A stretch of DNA of 62,657 nucleotides, the filler included, from Nemertoderma westbladi (taxonomy: Eukaryota; Animalia; Xenacoelomorpha): NCBI GenBank assembly GCA_032718475.1. It is 3 parts of 3 records of this genome, joined end to end, with 100 filler letters (N's around TTAATTAATTAA, not from the genome) between each part and the next. Parts side by side here need not be neighbours in the genome. Positions count along the whole stretch, not along the records: positions 53,352 to 62,657 come from JAUCBJ010008279.1; 2 more parts are not named here. One strand, 5' to 3'. Below the pieces are notes generated by a model, which was given only the letters and a program-made list of their open reading frames with translations, made no database searches and was not told the DNA's origin. Made by a program: the position numbers and the translations under genes. Every line of letters begins with the position of its first letter. The stretch's first letter is position 1. This document shows positions 54,734 through 62,657 of this stretch, one piece after another.

Positions 54734-55642
54734 ATTAGATTGTGACACAGATTCTCAGGTACTCTTATCAGATGGTGAAACTGAGTTATTCGCAATCCTG
54801 GCTGGTGTACTGCAAGGTGACACATTGGCGCCACTACTATTTGTAATTGTGCTGGATTACGCAATGAGGACGGCCACAAAGGGTTAAAAGATCTGGGATT
54901 CACACTACAAGAACGCAGAAGTAGTAGATATCCAGCAACTACAGTCACAGACCCCGAGTTTGTGGATGACATCGCCGTGCTCTCTAATATGCTAGCAGAT
55001 GCACAGCTTCTACTGTATAAAGTGGAGAGGGCTGCTAAAGAGGTTGGATTGCATATAAATGCTACCAAGTCTGAATTCAAACTTGACAACAACTTCCAGT
55101 AGATCATGGATAGAGAGTAGCAAAAAAGACAGAAGTTAGGAAAGCAAAGGCATTGGTAGCTCTATCAAAAATGGATACCATCTGGAAATCAGATCTCTCC
55201 AAGCACCTGAATACTAAGTTCTTTCGAGCCACAGTGGAAAGTGTACTTTTATACAGGGGTGAGACCTGGACACAAAAGAAATCACTTGAACAACGAATTG
55301 ATGGTTGCTACACAAGAATACTAAGGGCAGCCCTAAACATCAGTGGAGACAACACATGACAAACGCCGAGCTCTATGATAGTATACCACTTGTATCAACC
55401 ACGCTCCTTGAATACATTTTAAAATTCAGTGGGCACTGCTGGAGAAGTAAAGATGAGGTCATACCAGATCTACTTTTCTGGCAACCAACACATAGAAATG
55501 TAACACATACCTGCTAACACATATATAGACCAGCTTGAAAGGGATGCTGAATTGAAAGAAACGAAATTGCGACAACTAGGGAGAATCGGGAGAATCTCAT
55601 TTCCACTGTCTGAGTTCACGCGACCTAGTAATAGTAGTAGTA
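54005..55642 (+). mobile_element. 5'-truncated, degenerate RTE-like LINE (family B)
   Basis: RT remnants (KKAFDSIHRG, GVLQGDTLAP, FVDD) and a TAG-rich tail. 11-bp TSD ATATGGCTTTA at 53994-54004 and 55643-55653. Confidence 0.9.
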
Positions 55643-55794
55643 ATATGGCTTTATTTGTCAAAATAAAATGTGGGACTTTTCTTTGTCCATTTGCATGAGT
55701 CAGTAACGGGTACTACAGTATATTTACAATATCATAGAAATCAATTGTCTATACAACTCTTTATTGAAGATATACCATTAATCCATCATTAATC

Positions 55795-55842
55795 CGACAC
55801 CACGCTGATGTGACCCAGTAAGGTCGAAACGCGTGGTTTGGA
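55795..55842 (+). ncRNA. Degenerate type I hammerhead ribozyme-like motif (Penelope-type remnant)
   Basis: CCACG-CTGATGT-GACC-CAGTAA-GGTC-GAAAC-G-CGTGG: core boxes, stem II and stem I are present, but with A9>T and a collapsed stem III/cleavage site. Confidence 0.5.
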
Positions 55843-56359
55843 GAGATATGAGATATTAATTTCAAGAAAAATTACGCGATTCCTAAATTTGTACACTACC
55901 CGGTTAAAAAGTACGCATGTGATGGGATTAGTCCTACAATTGCGCCAATAAAAGATAAGTTATTTTCGGTAAAATAAACTTATCATTCGAGGTTAAAGAC
56001 CCCTAGATCCCTTCCTATATATAATAAATGTATATTAATCCATCAGCCATCATAGCTAAATGCTATTCATATTGTAAAGTTATTATTAATTAAATATGCG
56101 AATTCATTTCGAAAATTGCGCTTGAAAGTGAGTCCATAACGATGGAATTGCCAATTTACGACTATATTGAATAATATACGGCTCCAATGTGCAATATTAT
56201 ATGTGACATTGAATTTAAAAATTATAGCATGTTCAATTGATTAGACTACTTGTGTCTGATTTCTTTATTAACTTTATTCATTTAAAGATTATTTTTAATT
56301 TATATCATATTAATTAATGTATTTATAATCCTTTATCAGATTAGAAAATGCAGTAATAA

Positions 56360-56460
56360 CTTATTTAATTAATTAATTATTAATTTAATTAATTAATTAT
56401 TAATTAATTAATTATTAATTAATTATTAATTAATTAATTATTAATAATTTATTTAATATT
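56360..56460. repeat. TTAA/TTA low-complexity repeat
   Basis: Pure A/T run of TTAATTAATTA units. Confidence 0.85.
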
Positions 56461-57271
56461 AATATAAATAATTAAATTAATGTATTAGTATACATTGCTC
56501 CCACATTGAGTACCTTACTTGTCTCAGGAGTATATTGGTGTACAAAGTAAGTGAGCTTAGCATACGGGTGCAACTGCTCCAACCCTTGACTCTCGGTCGG
56601 ACGCTCCTGTCTGTCAGTCGGTATGTCAGCAAATTTCCGAATGCTTGTAACTAATGTCAATCTTTGATGAAAGTAAATCAAACTTAGCACACAGATAGTC
56701 CATTGAGGGGTGACTAGGCAGGCAACAACGGCTGAAATTCGAACATACATCCTCATCTCAGCTAGCTAAATCCTGCGTATGACGTTTCTTCTAGATAAAT
56801 ATATATAACGTATACAAAATAGAAAATGAATATTTAAAACAATCACACAAGGGTAATCAAACTCATTTGATTACCCTTGCATCAACCGTGTCCAGTGGTC
56901 CGCAACAAATCTATAAATCGAATAATGAATATTTCGAAATAATCAATTTCAAAAATTTTGTGATAGATATACACTTCTGGTGGTGTTGACATGAAAAATA
57001 CCTGTTAGGAATCCAAAATGTAGAAATATATATTGTAATCAACTCGAGATCAGAAAAGGCATTCAGAAAAAATTTCAGATATTGGTGCAAGAAAGAGTAT
57101 GAAAAGAGACATTCGAGGTTACATTCTCTTTACAATTTGTTCTAACAGTTCGTGCCATCCTACAATATAAAGCAGTATATCATTGAATTTAAAGCATTAT
57201 TTGTTGTTGTTACATTATTCCTAGTTGTGATTTGCATCATTATCTTATTGGGAGACAAGTTGATTGATGAT

Positions 57272-57635
57272 TGTATAAAAATGTATATACCCTATTACCT
57301 GTATAAAAATGTATATACCCTATTACCTGTATAAAAATGTATATACCCTATTACATGTATAAAAATGTATATACCCTATTACCTGTATAAAAATGTATAT
57401 ACCCTATTACCTGTATAAAAATGTATATACCCTATTACCTGTATAAAAATGTATATACCCTATTACATGTATAAAAATGTATATACCCTATTACCTGTAT
57501 AAAAATGTATATACCCTATTACCTGTATAAAAATGTATATACCCTATTACCTGTATTCAAATGTATATACCCTATTACCTGTATAAAAATGTATATACCC
57601 TATTACCTGTATAAAAATGTATATACCCTATTACC
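57272..57635. repeat. 28-bp minisatellite (~13 units)
   Basis: TGTATAAAAATGTATATACCCTATTACC. Confidence 0.95.
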
Positions 57636-58732
57636 CAATCCTAAGGAAGTTAAATTTGTTACCCATCTTTATTATATAATTATGAATTACGTATTATTAT
57701 TTAGGAATAGGAGGGGTGATTGAATAACATTATATAATGGATGTAATAAACTTCTTTAAGAAAATAATAATAGACTAATAAAATAATGTGTAATTGAATA
57801 AAATCATTATTCTCACCAGCAGCAGTGTGTGCCTATAATCATCCCTGTGATAATTTTGCCTAAAAATAAGCTGCTGTCTAATATAAAAGTTTGACTCTAG
57901 TGATTAGAACACCTTTAGAACTTCTTACTGTAAAAGTATTCACTATCTATGTATATCAGGTGAACTCCTCCGAAACTATAGCTCGTCCGTCAATGGAAGT
58001 TATATCATGTATGGACGGTCATATATATTATATGGACGGACTTCTTATAGCCAGCTTGCTGGCTTTCTAGTTACATAATAAGTGTTTAATTTCCTAATGG
58101 TTGGTACAATATAAACACACTTCCCAAGTTTATAAAAGCCATCGAACAAAGTAACCCTCAATATTCAAAAGTTCAAGTGTGTCAGCTTGCAATCATTTGG
58201 GACCCCTTGATTGAATTGCTGATCCAATAAAATACTTCGCGCAAAAGATTAGCATTTGATAGAATCGAGGCGCTACTGTTTACAAACGTTGGGTAATGTC
58301 ATTCCGAATCACCATCACCTTCTCTAATCCGTAAATTTCTTCCATTGGTAACCAAATTATTCACAAATCAAGCCTTTAGGCAAGGAAACGATCCCTGACT
58401 AAATACTCCTCCCGTATTGCTTGGACTGGCAGCTCAGTTCGAATGCAATGCAGAGTAATCAGCGCCATGTGGGTTACTATACTTGGAGCTACTGTAAACT
58501 GCCTGATCTAACAATTTAGGTGTAGGGCCATTGAGACGTTAGGTCAATTTACCTACCCTGACACTTCCGTTAAAATTGATGCAAATTTTTAATTGTCCAG
58601 AATTGTCCAAAATCGTAATAATCATAAGTCTGGGTTTTCTGGAAACAAATAAAAATAATAATATACAGTAAGTTACAGTGTTATATGCCGGAATTGTACC
58701 TGTAATTGTACAGATTCAAATTTAAAACAATC

Positions 58733-60091
58733 ATCAAATGATTGTCAGCCACAATTACCTCTGGTATTCCATAAGCTCTTAGGATTTCCAGCATTTTACC
58801 TCTATGGATTGAGTCGAATGCCTTCTTGAAGTCCACAAAAGTCAGGACAGCGAGGAGATTGTTTGTGACTTTTTTCCCACAATCAGTCTCCATAGAGAAA
58901 GTATCTGAGCTATTGTTTATCTACTTGGTCGAAATCCGTTTTGGCTCTTACGCAGCAGTTTCTCTATTTGAGGTCTAATTCTATATAGAATCATTTTGTA
59001 TATTTTTGCAGCTGCCACAATCACACAGATCCCACGATAGTTTGTTGGTACACCGAGGTCTCCTTTCTTAGGGGGAGGCTTTAGTTGACCTTTAGTCCAA
59101 ATTGGTGGTGATTTTTCCCATTTCAGCATATGGTTGCAAACATTCGATAGTGGTCTGTTTAGCACTCCTGTTTTCCATACCTCTGCAGGGATTTCATATA
59201 ATACGGTTACTTTATGATTGGACATGCTTTTAATGCTTCTTTGGAGTTCGACGGGTGTGAAGTCCACTGTTTCTATAGGTAGTGCCTTGTCATATATTTT
59301 CCTTAGAGGGCTGACCTCAATGTTTGGTGGCTGCCCAAGCAAGTTGCTGAAGTGATTTCCCAGCACGTTCTTCAGGACTATCAGCTTTGAAGAGCCCCTT
59401 AGCACAACTTTTCCGACCAGATACCTCATCTAGAGTTTGCCAGGTAAAGCCATATGTTATAACATAACATAACATTTTTAAATTTGTTAATTAGTATTAG
59501 AAAACATGCTGTGGTAAAATACATTTATCGAGTGAATTGTTTGTTACAGACTCACATAAAAAAAATGTTACGGACTCGGACCATAAACTGTGGAGTTTAC
59601 ATTTGCAAACAGCATTATCAACTTTTACCCAACCCAAATGAATTTTAAATAAAGTTATAAAAACACATCATGAAATAAAATTCTATCCTAGTAGGTTCTG
59701 GCATATCTTAAATAAACATCACTGTTCCATTGAGTTGTGATAAATTAAATGAAATGAAGACTGTGGGAAGGACTTTGTAGAGCTCTATGAGACGTGTTTC
59801 AAAGGCCAGGATATCTTGTTCCCTTCTAATTATTATTTGAGGTCATACAGACATAGTTGAAGCTTAGCTTAGGGGCATGATGTTAATCTTGGAAGCAATT
59901 CGTTAAATCACAGTAAGAAATCATACCCTCCCTCATCTTAAATTTCTTCAGGTTCATTTTTTCTTAGATTTCCGAATAGAAAGAAATTTAATCTCACAGA
60001 TAATTTAGGGATCATACATTGATTGAGACTGCCATACTGGGGATTTTGCTTGGATGTACTGGGATGTGATGTGCAGTATGACGAGGAGACA
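58733..60091 (-). repeat. Right arm of inverted duplication (flank + 5' half of the family B LINE)
   Basis: Contains the same LINE/flank junction (TAAAGCCATAT at ~59445) as the left arm. Confidence 0.92.
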
Positions 60092-61094
60092 ATATTTTAT
60101 TTCGCCATTTTTCGGAACCTTATTTTTGGATGCCAAATGTGGGATTGAACTCAGTTGAACCTTAAATAATCAAATGTTGGGCAAAAATGATGGAGGAGTA
60201 ATTTGAAAAATTGGAAAATGTAATTCTGAAATAATTTACATTAAAGTTTCAAAACTGGCTGTCTCGCTGTCATTTGGCACTAAGACTACACACCACCATA
60301 CTACAATTATTATTGTTACCAGGGTTTTCTGGGTTGTTTATTTCATTTTCGACGTCAGATTTAATGTTCAATGGAAAATGGTCTGTGTGTCTGTCGCACT
60401 GTCTGTGCTGTATTTCTTCTTAACTGGTAGTCCGTAGTAGGGGATAGACAGCAAAAAAATTGATTTTGCTTAGCCTCTTTAAGATTGGAATTCCTTAACA
60501 AATTTTGAACAGTAGCCCCCACCACACCCCCTTATGAAATAAGACAATTGTGAAACACTTGTTTTGAAAATTCGTATCTGCTATTACCACTATAATACTG
60601 GGTTCTCAAACGATTCCGTGTCAACCATTTGAAATGGTCAACACTTCGAAAGGAATTTAGAGCCCCTTGTCGACACAAAATAACAAATAATAATGAAATA
60701 ATAGAGTAATAATAATAAATAGTATTTAACGACAACTAAGTTTCGTAAGTGCTACGTACTATGAGCCACTATGCTACTGGGATTCCCAATATTTGGGCGT
60801 TGATTTAATCAGCAGTGACTTACCACTGTACTGTCTCCGGCGTACTACAGACCTGTGTAGGTAGATTTTTAATTTTATTCTATGAACTGAAATGATAGTA
60901 CCGAAGTCATAAATATATTTCGCAATAATATTCCTTATTACTAAAAACTTACATAATTAGTAATTGTTCTTATGTTCTTACTACCGGTAATACCATATAC
61001 TAATTCTATAACCCAACCGTAACCATATATAGTTATTATTGCATTTTTGTATTTTAAAATATACTATTATTCTATTTAAAATAAAATTTTTCAT

Positions 61095-61197
61095 TTTCGA
61101 AGTGTTGACATGGTTTTTCGAAGTATTGACTATTTCGAAGTATTGACTATTTCGAAGTGTTGACTATTTCGAAGTGTTGACTATTTCGAAGTGTTGA
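61095..61197. repeat. 17-bp tandem repeat
   Basis: TTTCGAAGTRTTGACTA, about 6 units. Confidence 0.85.
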
Positions 61198-62224
61198 TCA
61201 TATACCTTCTCAAACATAAATAGCAATTCCTGACTTTTTTCATTACCTTAAGAACATCATTCGTTGCATTAAACAATTCACACAAATTTTTTAATAAATT
61301 ACGGATTGGTGCAACTATAAATTATATCCCAGTCTTGATTATATGTGAACAACATTATGATTTGAATTTGTAATTCGTTTTTTATTTACTACTTCCGCAG
61401 TTACAGAACAACTTACTTACTTCCAGGTTTCATAAAAGCTTCTTTATCATTTTCTTCACATCAGAAAGCAGAAGACGAATCACAAGGCCATTCTCTCTGG
61501 CCGGATATCAAAACCCAGCAATGAAATTGTGGGAACCCACCAAATAATGCTCCACACACTCCATTGGTTATTCCGTCAAGACCAGTTCTTTATTTAAGGA
61601 TTGAGATCTAAGTTGAAGCAAACTTTTCAACAACATTAGCCTATTGGAATTAATTGAAGTACCGGTATATATATTTATTAATATTAGTGCTGTAATGCCT
61701 TAGATTACAGAGATGGTGCCAATATCAACACATGTTAGTACATATTAGATGTAGATTCCAAAGTAAAATACTCAATATAAAATTTATTATATTTTGGAGT
61801 TAATGGCGCAAAATGATCGCAAACGCATACTGTTAGTTAATTTTAAATTTAATGTTTTTACCTTAAATTAAACGAAATATCAAAAGGTCAATTTGCGCCA
61901 CTATCTGATACGTACGTACATAACAATAAACATTATTACTGAAGTACTGCTTCTAAATAATATATGAGTGTAAGTCAACTTTACAGTCATAGTCAACATT
62001 GAACAAATAATTTGGAATTGGTGGGGTGTCTGTCTAGTCTAGTCTACGAGCTGCTACCTACTAAAACAATAAATAACCAGAATGAGCCAGAATGGCCTCT
62101 GTATAATAAATTTTTTAAATAATAACTAATTATTTAACAATAAAAATCTGTCAGTTTCATAACTTTATAAGTCAGTTCGTGCTGATTCATATTAGCTCAT
62201 ATAATTCATCTCATAGTTTTATTG

Positions 62225-62310
62225 GAGGGTCAGCACATACATGATCTAGTGTTTTGGCAGCCTCATGGAGAGAATACTCATGGTTGGCAGCCCTTGACGA
62301 CTTTCTTGAA
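62225..62310 (+). mobile_element. Highly degenerate family A LINE fragment
   Basis: TTTGGCAGCCTCATGGAG..CATGGT..CAGCCC..ACTTTCTTGA resembles 46105-46160. Confidence 0.5.
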
Positions 62311-62657
62311 GTTTGAAGTTAGTTGAAGGTATATCCTATCTATCAGCACTATAACTTATGCTCTAAATAATTAACCCACATATAATACATAAGTATACGA
62401 AATAATGTAAAAATGATATAAGTTGTACCGTTAGACGAGAGGATTAGCAGCTTATAGCAAAGGCTAGTTTCGTCCAGCTAACCCCTCAATTCCGGTATGC
62501 CCTATTATGCACTTTGTGTGATATTAACTAAATATTACAAATAAATACAAATAATGACACATTCCTTTTGCTAAAATCCTGCACACCGATCCCCACCCCC
62601 TACCCTTAACCCTTATCCCATGGCAATACTTCGCCCAGCTGCCGATCATAAGCTACC

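Noticed and set aside
61415-61640. Exon-like segment on minus strand with AG/GTAAGT borders
   Set aside because: All three frames contain stops.

Overview
This is AT-rich, repeat-dense eukaryotic (probably invertebrate) genomic DNA in three contigs, joined by two artificial 100-bp N/TTAATTAATTAA spacers (28285-28384, 53252-53351), so adjacency across the spacers is unproven. Contig 1 holds a nested stack: a palindromic tandem repeat is split by a decayed EnSpm/CACTA-type transposon, which is split by a full-length, intact CR1-type LINE. It is followed by a BEL/Pao LTR retrotransposon whose single gag-pol frame is broken by two in-frame TGA codons. Downstream of pol lies an unexpected extra ORF: a Cys-rich N-terminus plus about 75 ten-residue repeats resembling the RNA Pol II CTD (Y/H-S-x-P-T-S-P-G-V-G), with mostly synonymous variation at the core codons. 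Contig 2 holds minisatellites, several RTE-like LINE fragments with TSDs, a piggyBac-like MITE and an intronless MFSD4-like transporter. It also holds an IS3EU-like DNA transposon carrying a spliced HECT ubiquitin-ligase gene convergent with its integrase-type transposase. Contig 3 holds a ~1.37-kb inverted duplication and a degenerate hammerhead-like motif. All family calls come from motif recognition by eye; no database search was run.
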